Part shown: in pieces, positions 20,078 to 30,799 of the stretch | Layout of the letters: each line of letters starts with the position of its first letter | How positions within the stretch are numbered: position 1 is the stretch's first letter | Origin: Bacteroidota bacterium | Lineage (GTDB): Bacteria; Bacteroidota; Ignavibacteria; SZUA-365 | Direction of reading: 5' to 3' | NCBI GenBank assembly: GCA_003246455.1 | Contig: QKAF01000015.1 | Location: 1,193 to 65,192 of the forward strand | DNA length: 64,000 nt | Program-made: the position numbers and the translations under genes | The notes under the pieces: generated by a model | What the model saw: the letters and a program-made list of their open reading frames with translations, nothing else | Databases searched by the model: none | Told to the model about the DNA's origin: nothing

Positions 20078-21454
20078 TCAGGGAATGATCCCCGCGCGCT
20101 GGAGTTCCTCGCTGAGGGCGATCACGCGGAGATTTTCCCATTCATACTCCGCGGCGGGGTCTTCGACGAAATGGAGCATTCCATACGTCCCCGGCTTCCC
20201 TTCGACATATTCCCGCGCGGTCGCCGCAGTCGTGACCCACTGCCGCATGGAGGAATGGTCCACGTCGTGGTACGCGCAGACAAAACCCGCGGGAGGAAGC
20301 TTGCTGCCCGTTTTGAAGAGATCGAGCGGAACCCTGACCGTGAAGGTGTAGGTATGAAATTCCCCGGCAACCGGAAGACTCGAAACCGCGACGCCGGTGC
20401 CGATCCGGCGGGCGATCGCCTCGCCGAGCAGTTCGACGACCGGGGTCCGCTTCTCCCCATCCCCCATGAGGATGCGGATACCGAACTGCGTGCCCGGCGA
20501 GTAGGTCTGTGGAGATCCATCCGGCCGAATCCGGTTTTTCCGGCTCAAATCGAAATGCAGATCCAGATGGTCCGCGGAATCCGCATCCGCACTGTAGAGG
20601 AGCCGGTCGTCGTGAATGCGGATGCGGAAGACAACCGAACTGCTGTCGTACCGTGCCGAACAGAAGAGGCTGCAGTCATCCGGTCCGTACCATGAACTTC
20701 CGCCGCTCGAAATCATCAGTCCGCTCGAATCACCGACGAGAAAGCCCATGCCGTCCGGGAGACTGAGATCTTCAGGGTATACGGGCAGGTCGTAATACTT
20801 CTGTCGGATGAAACTGCGGTGGCTGTTGCTCCCGTAGTAATGCTCATCCGCGATCAGTGTTTCGTAGGAATAGCTGCGCTCATATCCCACGTTGGTCTCC
20901 CGCCCTCCTGTGCGCATGCGATGCGTCGTCCATTCGGAAACGCGTCGGAAGTTTCCCTCGGTGGCCGAGTACCCGGTGATGCGCCAGGAGAATTCGCCGG
21001 TTTTTTCCGTGACGTAACAGACCCCCCGATCGATGGAGAAACCGACCTCGATCGGCTCGAGAATATAGCGGCGCGTCAGGGTGCGAAGAAGCCGGAATCC
21101 CGCACCCTCGTTCAGGAAGAAGTACACATCCAGGGTTTTCCGTGCCCCTCCTGCCGGCATGGCGGACAGAACCACATCCATCCCGTCGTCCCCGGAATAC
21201 TCCCCGATGTCATAGCCGAATATTTTGCACTTCGGCGGGAGATTTGATAGTATGGTGGCGATTTTCTCCTGAGAGAAAATCGTTCCCAGGGCCGCAGCGA
21301 GCCCGGCAAATTCAAGACTGTCGGAACTGCTGGGCAGAGGCACGAACGCTGCCGCCTCGGCGGTTGCGAGGGGCGATGCCTGCAGGGAAACGCCCGGCAG
21401 AGATTCGAACAGAAAACACGTCACTACGATCTGTATAAGCACCCGGATGCGCAT
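20078..21454 (-). CDS. Hypothetical secreted protein (about 458 aa from the internal Met)
   Basis: The ORF runs to 21805, but the plausible start is MRIRVLIQIVVTCFLFESLPGVSL, a signal peptide. No family recognised; the C-terminal half is beta-rich. Confidence 0.5.
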   Translation of the reverse strand: MRIRVLIQIVVTCFLFESLPGVSLQASPLATAEAAAFVPLPSSSDSLEFAGLAAALGTIFSQEKIATILSNLPPKCKIFGYDIGEYSGDDGMDVVLSAMPAGGARKTLDVYFFLNEGAGFRLLRTLTRRYILEPIEVGFSIDRGVCYVTEKTGEFSWRITGYSATEGNFRRVSEWTTHRMRTGGRETNVGYERSYSYETLIADEHYYGSNSHRSFIRQKYYDLPVYPEDLSLPDGMGFLVGDSSGLMISSGGSSWYGPDDCSLFCSARYDSSSVVFRIRIHDDRLLYSADADSADHLDLHFDLSRKNRIRPDGSPQTYSPGTQFGIRILMGDGEKRTPVVELLGEAIARRIGTGVAVSSLPVAGEFHTYTFTVRVPLDLFKTGSKLPPAGFVCAYHDVDHSSMRQWVTTAATAREYVEGKPGTYGMLHFVEDPAAEYEWENLRVIALSEELQRAGIIP

Positions 21455-22922
21455 GAAACTCCGTCTCTTACTTCTGGCTGTTCTGCTGTTGCCGCTGACG
21501 CGGACCGTCGGGCAGCAGTCCCCTGCTCTCACGGCCCTCAGGAGCGCCGTGCAGGAAGAAATCGATGGACCGCTTTTCACCGGTACCGTCGCCGGTATCG
21601 AAATTGCCGAAGCCGCGAGCGGGAAAATACTGTATGCGCGGAATTCTTCTCTTCTTCTGCGTCCGGCATCCAACGCGAAACTCTTCACGTCCGCGGCTGC
21701 GGTACTGGGACTCCCGCCGGCATTCGTATTCGAAACGCGACTCGACGCCACTGATTCATCGATGCATACCATTGTCTGTTCCGGCGGCGGCGATCCGCTG
21801 TTCACCGAACAAGATATTCAAAAACTCGCTGAAATCGCACAGCAGGCCGGCGTGCTTCGTGTCGATACGCTGCTGCTCGACGGATCGCTCTATGCAGACG
21901 ATTATTTCGGAAAAGGCTGGATGTGGGACGACGAAACCGATCCATTCATGCCGTATCTCTGCGCGTTCCCGATCTCAGGCAACACCGTGACAGTTCGCGT
22001 GAAGAAATCCTCGAAATCGGTTACTGGACTGGATGTTACCACATCCCCCTCGAGTGAACTCTTCCGCTTTGACACGGCGGAATCCGTTCGCAACATCCCA
22101 TTCCGCATCGAGCGTTTCCCACGGAGCAATGATTTCCGTATCCAGGGAACTCCGGCGCCCAATCGCAGCGCTTCCGAACGCTTCAGCGTCTGGGAACCGC
22201 AGCGGATTTTCGCAGATCGACTGCGTCAGGCGCTGATCGATACCCGGCTTGCGGATTCGGCTGTCATCGTTCGCTTCGTCGACAATGCGAGCAGCCGCCA
22301 CGGGACAACATCCACCATTCCGATCGGGTCGGTGAGACGCCCTCTCGACGCAGTGCTGGAGGTCATGAACAAGGACAGTGACAACCTCTGCGCGGAAGCG
22401 GTGCTTCGCGCACTGAGCTTCGGGTCCGGTCGTCGACGGACGGCAGTCTCGGCGGAGGACGGCCTGACGGCGATGCGCCAGATCCTTGCAGCCGGCGGCG
22501 CTGCAACAGACGACATCGCCCTGCTCGACGGGTCGGGGATTTCGTTTTATAATCTTGTAACACCGGAAGCGACCGGCCGCGTGCTCCGGAAGCTCGCGGC
22601 CTCTCCGGCATACGAACGATTTCGCGGGACACTTGCGGTCGGGGGTGTCGACGGAACCCTGCGGAGCCGCATGCACGGACTTCCCGCAGCGAAGGTATTT
22701 TGGGGTAAAACAGGAACAGTGCGCGGAGTCAGCGCACTGTCGGGATATGTTCAGGCGCCCGGGGGGCGCCTGTTGACGGTTGTTCTTTTCATGCAGAATT
22801 TCGTCGGGAAACCCGCCCCCTACCGGGCGGCGCAGGATCGCCTTGTGAAATTCTGTTACGACTACAGTGCATCATTCGCTGCACCGCAGAAAACTGCGAC
22901 GAAGGCTACACAGCCTCGATAA
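21447..22922 (+). CDS. dacB: D-alanyl-D-alanine carboxypeptidase/endopeptidase (PBP4, peptidase S13)
   Basis: Signal peptide, an SxxK motif (PASNAKLFT) and PBP4-like transpeptidase-fold motifs. Predicted cleavage TVG|QQSP leaves an N-terminal Gln. Confidence 0.8.
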   Translation: MRMKLRLLLLAVLLLPLTRTVGQQSPALTALRSAVQEEIDGPLFTGTVAGIEIAEAASGKILYARNSSLLLRPASNAKLFTSAAAVLGLPPAFVFETRLDATDSSMHTIVCSGGGDPLFTEQDIQKLAEIAQQAGVLRVDTLLLDGSLYADDYFGKGWMWDDETDPFMPYLCAFPISGNTVTVRVKKSSKSVTGLDVTTSPSSELFRFDTAESVRNIPFRIERFPRSNDFRIQGTPAPNRSASERFSVWEPQRIFADRLRQALIDTRLADSAVIVRFVDNASSRHGTTSTIPIGSVRRPLDAVLEVMNKDSDNLCAEAVLRALSFGSGRRRTAVSAEDGLTAMRQILAAGGAATDDIALLDGSGISFYNLVTPEATGRVLRKLAASPAYERFRGTLAVGGVDGTLRSRMHGLPAAKVFWGKTGTVRGVSALSGYVQAPGGRLLTVVLFMQNFVGKPAPYRAAQDRLVKFCYDYSASFAAPQKTATKATQPR

Positions 22923-23220
22923 GGGTCTTGTATTCCGTTTTCCCGTCCTTGATGAACTCATCGACGATACGGTTGATGAGCTGCTCGGTGATCTCGTCGG
23001 CATCGTCCTCAAGGGCGTCATACTCCTCGAGGGAATCGCAAAAATAGACCTCATTGAATGTATTCGGCCGCGTTTTGCTTTCGAACACGGAGTATTTCTT
23101 CCCGCGTTCGTTGGTGAGATAGTTTTTCAGTTCCCGGACGGTTTCCAGGTATTCTTCTCGCTTCTCCTCGATGATAGGATAGGAGATTGAAAAAATCACT
23201 GTGGGCATTGAGGTCTCCAT
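22906..23220 (-). CDS. Small acidic hypothetical protein downstream of pnp
   Basis: About 104 aa from METSMPTVIFSISYPIIEEKREEYLETVRELKNYL... Highly charged and helical. Same strand as pnp, lies between pnp and dacB. Confidence 0.45.
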   Translation of the reverse strand: METSMPTVIFSISYPIIEEKREEYLETVRELKNYLTNERGKKYSVFESKTRPNTFNEVYFCDSLEEYDALEDDADEITEQLINRIVDEFIKDGKTEYKTLIEAV

Positions 23221-23264
23221 GTGAACTGATACGAAAAAATCCTGGACAGCGAAACCGTGTTCCG

Positions 23265-23290
23265 CCGCATGACAGGAATCCGTCATGCGG
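23265..23290 (-). other. Perfect stem-loop between the pnp stop and the small downstream gene
   Basis: CCGCATGAC-aggaatcc-GTCATGCGG, 9-bp perfect inverted repeat. Weak U-tract, so it may be a processing site or attenuator rather than a terminator. Confidence 0.45.
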
Positions 23291-23344
23291 CGTGAGAACA
23301 CATTACTTCAGAAGCGGGAGGGTTCGGGGTCGAACGTCACGGCC

Positions 23345-25528
23345 TCAGCGGCTGCGCCGGTCTCCGCCTCTTCCACCGCGGTCTCTTCCGCCACGGTCGC
23401 GACCACCGCCGCGGTCGCTGCGGGGTTCGGGTTCGACATATCCCTCAGGCGGTTCCATGAGCGCTTTCCGGCTGAGTACGAGCTTGCCGTTATCCTCGAC
23501 GCGGAGCAGTTTCACGGTGACGACATCACCGACTTTCAGCACTTCCTCAACGGTATTGAGGCGGCGGAAATCGATCTGGGAGATATGAAGCAGCCCTTCC
23601 TTGCCGGGAAGGATTTCCACAAACGCACCGAATTCGGCGATGCGCTTCACGGGGCCGGTATACACTTCGCCCGCCTCGGGCATCTGGGTGATGCGGCGGA
23701 TGAGGTCGACCGCTTTCTCGCTTGCTTCGGAATTCACGGACGCAATGATGATGCGGCCATCATCCTCGATGTTGATTTCCGCACCGCTCTCGGCGACGAT
23801 CGCCTTGATATTCTTGCCGCCCGGTCCGATAACCGCACCGATGAGATCCACCGGAATGTGAATGGTGGTGAGGCGCGGCGCATAGCGGGAAAGCTCCGGA
23901 CGCGTCTCACTGATGCCATCCTTCATCTTCCCGAGAATGTGCATGCGGCCGTCACGGGCCTGCATCAGGGCGCGCTCCATGATTTCGAAGCTGATTCCCT
24001 TGATCTTGATATCCATCTGGTACGAGGTAATGCCATCTTCGGTACCGGCAACCTTGAAGTCCATGTCACCGAGGTGATCTTCGTTTCCGAGGATATCGGT
24101 GAGTACGGCGACCTGATCGCCTTCCTTGATGAGCCCCATCGCGACACCGGCGACCGGCTTCCGGATGGGCACACCCGCGTCCATCAGCGCCATGGATCCC
24201 GAACAGACGGTCGCCATGGAAGACGAGCCGTTCGACTCGAGGATGTCGCAGAGCAGGCGGATGGTATACGGGAATTCCTCTTCGGACGGCAGCATGTTTT
24301 TCAGCGCGCGTTCCGCCAGGTTTCCGTGACCGATTTCGCGGCGGCTGGTGAAGCCGAAACGGCCCACTTCACCGACGGAGAACGGCGGGAAATTGTAATG
24401 CAGCATGAAGCGCTTGCGGAATTCCTCACGCAGCCCGTCGATGATCTGCTCGTCGGATTTCGTTCCGAGGGTGCAGCTCATCAGCGCCTGGGTCTCGCCG
24501 CGTGTAAAGAGCGAGGATCCATGTGCGCGCGGAAGAACCGAAACCTCACAGCTGATCGGACGAACGTCCGTCAGTCCGCGTCCGTCGAGCCTCTGCCCCT
24601 TTTCAAGAATCGTGCGACGCATCGCGTCCTTCTCGAAATCGTGGATGAGATGCTTGATGACGCCTTCCTGCTCGGGATATTCCTCTGCAAGCGCCTCGGC
24701 AACTTCGGTATAAATCGCCTTGGTCGCGGTGGCGCGCTCTTCCTTCGCAAGCACGGTGCCCGCGAGGTCGAACAGGCGGTCGTAGCACAGCGCGTGGATG
24801 CGATCGGAGATTCCTTCCGGGAGTTCCTGGGTCACGACTTCCATCGCCGGTTTGCCGGCTTCTGCCGCGAATTCCGCAATGCCCCTGCAGATCTGTCCGA
24901 TGTACTCGTGTCCGAATTTCAGTGCTTCGAGCATGTCGCGTTCGCTGATTTCTTCCGCCTCGCCTTCCACCATGAGGATGGAATCCTCGGTGCCGGCGAG
25001 AACCACTTCGAGATCCGCGTCATTGAGCTGACTGAAGGTGGGGTTGACGACGAACTCACCGTTGACGCGCGCGACGCGCACTTCAGCGATGGGCCCTTCA
25101 AACGGTGCTCCTGCGATCATCAGGGCGGCGGAAGCAGCCGTCGCGGCGAGGACGTCCCCGTCGTTTTCCTGATCGGAGGAATACACCGAGGCGACGATCT
25201 GCACCTCGTTGCGGAAATTATCTGCAAACATCGGGCGGATCGGACGATCCATCAGGCGCGCGGAAAGCACTTCCTTCTCCGAAGGCTTGCCTTCCCGTTT
25301 GAAAAAACCACCAGGGATTTTTCCGGCAGCAGAAGTTTTCTCACGGTATTCGCAGCTGAGCGGGAAAAAGTCGATTCCTTCCCGCGGAGTGTCCGCCAGA
25401 ACGACCGTCGCGAGCACCATCGTATCGCCGAGGGTGATCATGACCGATCCGGAGGCCTGCCGTGCGAAGCGGCCCGTTTCGAGTGTTAATGTCCTTCCGC
25501 CGAGGTCTATTTCTTTTTTCTTCATCAT
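23345..25528 (-). CDS. pnp: Polyribonucleotide nucleotidyltransferase (PNPase)
   Basis: 727 aa: two RNase PH domains, KH and S1, plus a C-terminal RGG/RD-repeat tail (RGGGRDRGGRDRGGRGGDRRSR). Confidence 0.95.
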   Translation of the reverse strand: MMKKKEIDLGGRTLTLETGRFARQASGSVMITLGDTMVLATVVLADTPREGIDFFPLSCEYREKTSAAGKIPGGFFKREGKPSEKEVLSARLMDRPIRPMFADNFRNEVQIVASVYSSDQENDGDVLAATAASAALMIAGAPFEGPIAEVRVARVNGEFVVNPTFSQLNDADLEVVLAGTEDSILMVEGEAEEISERDMLEALKFGHEYIGQICRGIAEFAAEAGKPAMEVVTQELPEGISDRIHALCYDRLFDLAGTVLAKEERATATKAIYTEVAEALAEEYPEQEGVIKHLIHDFEKDAMRRTILEKGQRLDGRGLTDVRPISCEVSVLPRAHGSSLFTRGETQALMSCTLGTKSDEQIIDGLREEFRKRFMLHYNFPPFSVGEVGRFGFTSRREIGHGNLAERALKNMLPSEEEFPYTIRLLCDILESNGSSSMATVCSGSMALMDAGVPIRKPVAGVAMGLIKEGDQVAVLTDILGNEDHLGDMDFKVAGTEDGITSYQMDIKIKGISFEIMERALMQARDGRMHILGKMKDGISETRPELSRYAPRLTTIHIPVDLIGAVIGPGGKNIKAIVAESGAEINIEDDGRIIIASVNSEASEKAVDLIRRITQMPEAGEVYTGPVKRIAEFGAFVEILPGKEGLLHISQIDFRRLNTVEEVLKVGDVVTVKLLRVEDNGKLVLSRKALMEPPEGYVEPEPRSDRGGGRDRGGRDRGGRGGDRRSR

Positions 25529-25582
25529 ATCCTTGTTCTCTTTTGGGATGTATCCCTTGATGGAGTCGTATCGACTGCGCGA

Positions 25583-25852
25583 TTACTTGCGCAGCTCAAG
25601 GTCCTTGACGATGGAGCGGTAGCGGGTGATGTCGACTTTCTGCAGATACGCGAGAAGGCGACGGCGCTTACCGACCATCTTCAGCAGACCACGACGGCTG
25701 TGATGATCTTTCTTGTTCGTGTCGAAATGGGACGAGAGCCCATTGATGGTTTCAGTGAGGATCGCGATCTGGACTTCCGCTTTTCCGCTGTCCTGCTCGC
25801 TTGCACCGAATTTCTTGATGAGTTCCTGTTTGCGTTCTTTCGTCAGAGGCAT
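25583..25852 (-). CDS. rpsO: 30S ribosomal protein S15
   Basis: 89 aa; ...[20 protein letters not shown]... matches S15. Confidence 0.95.
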   Translation of the reverse strand: MPLTKERKQELIKKFGASEQDSGKAEVQIAILTETINGLSSHFDTNKKDHHSRRGLLKMVGKRRRLLAYLQKVDITRYRSIVKDLELRK

Positions 25853-25882
25853 GGTAGTGCTCCTTGTAATACCAGTTATGCG

Positions 25883-26826
25883 TTAATCGTTAGTTCTATT
25901 GTATTCACGTTTGAAGTATGCCCGTGCGATATCCACGTCGGATTGAATCTGCGCGGTCAGCTGCTGCGGAGAGTCGAATCGGATCTCCTCCCGGAGCCGT
26001 TCGAGCAGTTCCACCTGCAGGTGCATTCCGTACAAATCGCCGGAAAAAGTAAAAATATGAACTTCCAGCGAAATATGCATCTGTTCCGACACGGTCGGAC
26101 GCCGGCCGATGTTCATGATGCCGTCGTAGCGCGTGCCGTCGATCTCCACCTGAACGATGTAGACGCCGTTGCTTGGCAGCAGCTTGTTTGATGCGCGAAG
26201 CTCGAGGTTCGCGGTAGGAAAACCGAGCTTCGATCCGAGTCCTTCACCGCGCACGACGATTCCGGAAAGGCTGTACGGCCTGCCGAGAAAATCGTGCGCT
26301 CTCGCGACATCGCCCTTGCCGATCGACGCGCGTATCGCGGTGCTGCTGACCTTCACACCGTTCATCAGCAGTTCGCTTACGACGACGACTCCGACACCCT
26401 GGGATTTGCCGAGACGCTGCAGCGCTTCCGCGTTTCCCGCTCGGCCCTTGCCGAACGCATGGTCCACACCGACCACTACCTGGGTTGCGTGCAGGCGGCG
26501 AACGATGTATTCCTGGAAAAACGTCGACGCATCCAGCACCGAGAGATCGCGGGTAAACGGCATCACGATGCAGGCGTCAAGACCTGTGTCCTGCAGCAGC
26601 GCGAGCCGTTCGTCGATACTGGTCAGCAGGTAGGTGGGTTCGCCCTTCCTGCCGATCACTTCTCTGGGATGCGGATCAAAAGTCATGAGCACCGCTCTCC
26701 CGCCGATTTCCGCCGCAGCGGCATTTGTTCGCTCGATGATACGACGGTGACCGCGATGCACACCGTCGAACGTGCCGAGCGTCAGCGCCACCGGACGTCC
26801 ATGAGGAAACGCGTCAAGACTATGAT
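25883..26826 (-). CDS. ribF: Bifunctional riboflavin kinase / FMN adenylyltransferase
   Basis: LTLGTFDGVHRGH and the FAD-synthetase and riboflavin-kinase domains. Probable GTG start at 26826, preceded by GGAGAGAGGAG. The upstream in-frame ATG at 26902 would overlap truB. Confidence 0.85.
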
Positions 26827-27569
26827 AGACCTGCACGCTGCTGCTCCTCTCTCCGGTCGCGAAGCAGTCCGGACGTGGATGCTTCTTCGACGATCTGTTC
26901 AATACTCCACGCTTCCTCCGCGGAGAATTCTCCGATGAAGGTGCGCCGCAATTCCGTCAGATATGCCCCGCAGCCGAGTTCCTGTCCGAGATCGTGTGCC
27001 AGCGTTCGGACGTACGTGCCTTTCGAGCATCGGACTTCGAATGCCACGTCGGGCAGCGCGACGTCCTCGATACTGAAGCGGCTGACGGTCACCGAACGCG
27101 GCTGCCGTTCGACCTCCACGCCTTTCCTTGCCAGCTTGTAGAGACGCTGTCCTTCGACCTTCACTGCGGAATACATCGGGGGCAGCTGTTCGATTTCCCC
27201 GACGAACGCCGCGGCGGAATTGCGGATACGCTCCTCGTTGACGTCGTCGATCGGCTTTTCTTCGACGGGCTCGGTCTCCGCATCATAACTGGGGGTTACC
27301 GCGCCGAGCCGCATCCTCCCTTCATAGACCTTTCCCAGGGCCTGAAACGCATCAATCTTTTTCGTGAGATTTCCGGAGCAGAGGATGAGGAGTCCTGTCG
27401 CCATGGGATCGAGCGTTCCGGCATGCCCGACTTTTTTCACGCGCAGTGCCGAGCGAACCTTCTTGACCACGTCGAACGAGGTCCAGGTCTTTGGTTTGTC
27501 CACGAGCAGCACACCGCCGCCGGGGGAACGAAACTGCTCGATTGTATTGAAACCCTGCGGCTGCGTCAA
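26820..27569 (-). CDS. truB: tRNA pseudouridine(55) synthase TruB
   Basis: LLVDKPKTWTSFDVV...GHAGTLDPMATGLLILCSG, the catalytic-Asp motif of TruB. Confidence 0.9.
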   Translation of the reverse strand: MTQPQGFNTIEQFRSPGGGVLLVDKPKTWTSFDVVKKVRSALRVKKVGHAGTLDPMATGLLILCSGNLTKKIDAFQALGKVYEGRMRLGAVTPSYDAETEPVEEKPIDDVNEERIRNSAAAFVGEIEQLPPMYSAVKVEGQRLYKLARKGVEVERQPRSVTVSRFSIEDVALPDVAFEVRCSKGTYVRTLAHDLGQELGCGAYLTELRRTFIGEFSAEEAWSIEQIVEEASTSGLLRDRREEQQRAGLS

Positions 27570-27919
27570 CGCCCCTGCTCGTCCTCGTGAATTTGTCGAA
27601 TCAGCTCTTCGATGCGCTCGGCTTTCTCAAGCGACTGGTCGATGTAGAATCGCAGCTCCGGGGTGAATTTCAGACGCACCGCGCGGCCAACTCCCATGCG
27701 GAGTTCCTTCGCGTGCTCGTCGAGAAAGGCCATGACCTCCTCGTTGGATTTCCCCGATCGGAAATGGCTGACGTAGATCTTCGCGAGACGAAGGTCCGGC
27801 GTGACGATGACTTCCGTCACCGTGAGCAGCCCGTATCCCACGGTCTCGATGCGCGTGGTCAACGCCTCGCTGATTTCATGCTTGATGAGCTGCGCAACGC
27901 GCTCGGTACGTATCGACAT
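27566..27919 (-). CDS. rbfA: Ribosome-binding factor A
   Basis: 117 aa; RVAQLIKHEISEAL... KH-like RbfA signature. Its ATG overlaps the truB start region (4-bp overlap). Confidence 0.9.
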   Translation of the reverse strand: MSIRTERVAQLIKHEISEALTTRIETVGYGLLTVTEVIVTPDLRLAKIYVSHFRSGKSNEEVMAFLDEHAKELRMGVGRAVRLKFTPELRFYIDQSLEKAERIEELIRQIHEDEQGR

Positions 27920-27922
27920 TCC

Positions 27923-30757
27923 TTATTTCGCCTGATCGAGAGAACGCTTGACTTCGACGGTCTCGAACGATTCGATAACGTCACCAACCTTGATATCGTT
28001 GAATCCGACAAGATTCAGACCGCATTCGAAACCGCTGTCCACTTCACGAACGTCGTCCTTGAAGCGTTTGAGCGAGTCGATGCCGCCGGTAAACATCACG
28101 ATGCCGTCACGCAGCAGCCGGATGCGGCTGTTGCGATGGATCTTTCCGTCCTGCACGTAGCAGCCCGCGATCGTACCGACCTTGGAGATCTTGAAGACCT
28201 CGCGCACCAGGACCGTGGCCGTGACCTTTTCCTTGATATCGGGACGCAGCATGCCTTCGAGTGCGGCGCGAACATCCTCGATCGCATCATAGATGATTTC
28301 ATACAGCCGGATATCGACATCTTCCGCCTCGGCGAGCTTTCGCGCGTTGAGGTTGGGGCGGACGCGGAAACCGATGATGATGGCGTTGGACGCGCTGGCG
28401 AGCAGCACATCGGACTCACTGATGGCACCGACGCTCTTGTGGATGACATCGATGCGGACTTCCTGGTTCGAAAGTTTCAGCAGCGAATCGCTCAGTGCTT
28501 CGACAGAACCGTCCACATCGCCCTTCACGACGATCGGCAGATCCTGGACGCCGCCGAGCTTGATGTGCGCGGAGATATCGTCGAGCGTTTTGCGGCGGAC
28601 GCGCCGGAAATCGGACTCCCGCTTGATCTGCTGACGATTCGTCGCGACCTCGCGCGCGGTACGCTCTCCGTCCACAACGACAAAGGCGTCACCGGCCTGC
28701 GGCGATCCGTTGAAGCCGAGCACCTGCACAGGCGTGGCCGGGGAGGCGTTTTCGACTCTGTTGCCTCGTTCGTCGAGAAGCGCGCGGACCTTGCCGAATT
28801 CATTCCCCGCGACGAAGGAATCACCGATCGCCAGCGTTCCTTTCTGCACGAGCACGGTAGCGATGATACCCTTGCCCTTGTCGAGCTCGGACTCGATGAC
28901 CGTGCCGCGCGCCTCGCGATCGGGGTTCGCTTTGAGATCCAGGATGTCGGCTTCGAGGAGGATGCGTTCGAGCAGTTCCTCGATGTTCGTTCCGGCCTTA
29001 GCGGAAATGGGCACGCAGCCGACCTTTCCTCCCCATTCCTCGACGAGGAGTCCGCGGTCTGCAAGCTGCTGCTTGATCTTGTCCGGATTCGCTTCCGGCT
29101 TGTCCATCTTATTGATCGCCACAACGATCGGGACTTTCGCCGCCATCGCGTGACTGATAGCTTCGATGGTCTGCGGCATGACGCTGTCGTCGGCTGCGAC
29201 GACCAGAACCACGATATCGGTCACCTGGGCACCACGGGCACGCATCGCCGTGAAGGCCTCGTGGCCCGGTGTATCGAGGAAGCTGATCTTGCGCTGGTTT
29301 TCGAGCGTCACGGTGTACGCACCGATATGCTGGGTAATACCGCCGCTTTCTCCCGCGACCACGTTGGTCTTGCGGATGAAATCCAGCAGCTTCGTCTTTC
29401 CATGATCGACATGACCCATGATGGTCACGATCGGCGGACGCGTGACGAGGGTATCTTCCGGATCGTCGTGATCGGAGAGTTCGTCGTCGACATACTCCTC
29501 ATGCTTCTGCACGTCAAATCCGAATTCCGACGCAACCAGTTCGATGGTCTCCATGTCGAGCCGCTGGTTGATCGAGGCCATCACGCCGAGTCCGATCAGC
29601 GACGCGATAACTTCATTGACGCCGACATTCATGAATCCCGCGATTTCACTGACCGTCGCGTATTCATAAATGCGAAGCACCTGCTTCTCGCGCTCCTGCT
29701 GCTCCGTCTCGCGAATCTGTTCTTCTTCACGGCGTGCACGCTTGCGCTTGCGCAGGGCCGACCGCTGGGAGACAGGACCGAGATCCGACATCGAGGCGAT
29801 GGTTTTCTTGATCGCACTCGCGACTTCGGCCTGATCCACCTCGCGAGGACGTCCCTTCTTCCCACGCTTCTTGCGTGCGTCCGCATCTGCGGATTCGTCC
29901 GTTGTGCCAGGCTTGACGACTTTCTTTTTCTTTTTCTTCTTCCGGCGGAGCGCTTCTGCGTCCGTTCCGGCAGCTCCCTCTTCCTTCTTCGGCTTTTCGG
30001 CCGGAGTGTCTTCGAGGTTGATTTTTCCCTTGACGGTCAGACCGCGCATTTTCGGCATGCTGGCTTCGATGCTCAGGTCCATGTCGTCTTTCTTCGCCTT
30101 TTTCCGCGGCTCCTTTTTCTCCTCCGCTGCAGGCTGCTGGACAGTCTTGACAGCCTCGGATTCGGCAGAACCCGCGTCGGCGTCTGCTTCGGCGACCGCG
30201 GATACATCCTCGGCGGGAGCCTTTTCGGAAACAACTTCCGCTTCGACGGCTGCCGGTTTTTCCGCTTCCGCTTCGACTGCAGGCTCTTCCGATTCCGGTT
30301 CCGCCTCCGCCTCGAGCACCTCGGGTTCCGCCTCCGCGGTAATCGCTTCCCCGGTTTCGGCCGGAGCTGCTTCCGCTTCCGCGGCCTCGGCGACGATCGC
30401 CGGTTCGACATTCTCCGCGGGCGAAGTCTCGACGACAGTTTCCTCGGCGGGCGCCGATTCCGGCTTCTCCGCCAGCGGCTGCTCGGCGAGATCCTCTTCC
30501 GACAGTTCGTCCCCTCTGCGTTTGCGGTCGACTTCGTCGAATTCCTTGCGTTTCCGGGCGTGGCGCTCGGCGTCGATCTTTTCTTTCTTGTAATGCTTCT
30601 CTATCAGTTCGAGCATCTCCTGATCGATGATCGACATGTGATTCTTGACCGCATATCCCTTTTTGGTCAGGAACTCTGTCAGTGTATCGTGAGAGAGATT
30701 GAACTCTTTGGCAACCTTATAGAGCCGCGTTTTACTCGTTTTATCCGTCACTGCCAT
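27923..30757 (-). CDS. infB: Translation initiation factor IF-2
   Basis: 944 aa. N-terminal low-complexity region (AE/PE repeats, poly-Lys), then the GTPase domain ([12 protein letters not shown]) and the C-terminal beta-barrels. Confidence 0.95.
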   Translation of the reverse strand: MAVTDKTSKTRLYKVAKEFNLSHDTLTEFLTKKGYAVKNHMSIIDQEMLELIEKHYKKEKIDAERHARKRKEFDEVDRKRRGDELSEEDLAEQPLAEKPESAPAEETVVETSPAENVEPAIVAEAAEAEAAPAETGEAITAEAEPEVLEAEAEPESEEPAVEAEAEKPAAVEAEVVSEKAPAEDVSAVAEADADAGSAESEAVKTVQQPAAEEKKEPRKKAKKDDMDLSIEASMPKMRGLTVKGKINLEDTPAEKPKKEEGAAGTDAEALRRKKKKKKKVVKPGTTDESADADARKKRGKKGRPREVDQAEVASAIKKTIASMSDLGPVSQRSALRKRKRARREEEQIRETEQQEREKQVLRIYEYATVSEIAGFMNVGVNEVIASLIGLGVMASINQRLDMETIELVASEFGFDVQKHEEYVDDELSDHDDPEDTLVTRPPIVTIMGHVDHGKTKLLDFIRKTNVVAGESGGITQHIGAYTVTLENQRKISFLDTPGHEAFTAMRARGAQVTDIVVLVVAADDSVMPQTIEAISHAMAAKVPIVVAINKMDKPEANPDKIKQQLADRGLLVEEWGGKVGCVPISAKAGTNIEELLERILLEADILDLKANPDREARGTVIESELDKGKGIIATVLVQKGTLAIGDSFVAGNEFGKVRALLDERGNRVENASPATPVQVLGFNGSPQAGDAFVVVDGERTAREVATNRQQIKRESDFRRVRRKTLDDISAHIKLGGVQDLPIVVKGDVDGSVEALSDSLLKLSNQEVRIDVIHKSVGAISESDVLLASASNAIIIGFRVRPNLNARKLAEAEDVDIRLYEIIYDAIEDVRAALEGMLRPDIKEKVTATVLVREVFKISKVGTIAGCYVQDGKIHRNSRIRLLRDGIVMFTGGIDSLKRFKDDVREVDSGFECGLNLVGFNDIKVGDVIESFETVEVKRSLDQAK

Positions 30758-30799
30758 TTCGCCGGTATTGCGTTAAGAAAAATGAATCAATTCGAGGAG

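Noticed and set aside
23285-25489. 734-aa plus-strand ORF antisense to pnp
   Set aside because: PNPase on the minus strand is certain, so this is an antisense artefact. The same reasoning removes other long antisense ORFs, for example 10647-12113 versus mutS2 and 8963-10543 versus accC.
29880-30500. Repetitive DNA (poly-purine/GCTTC repeats, a tttttctttttcttctt run) that looks like a tandem repeat or CRISPR-like periodicity
   Set aside because: It encodes the low-complexity N-terminal linker of IF-2 (AE/PE repeats and a poly-Lys tract). The repeats are irregular, without spacer/repeat alternation.
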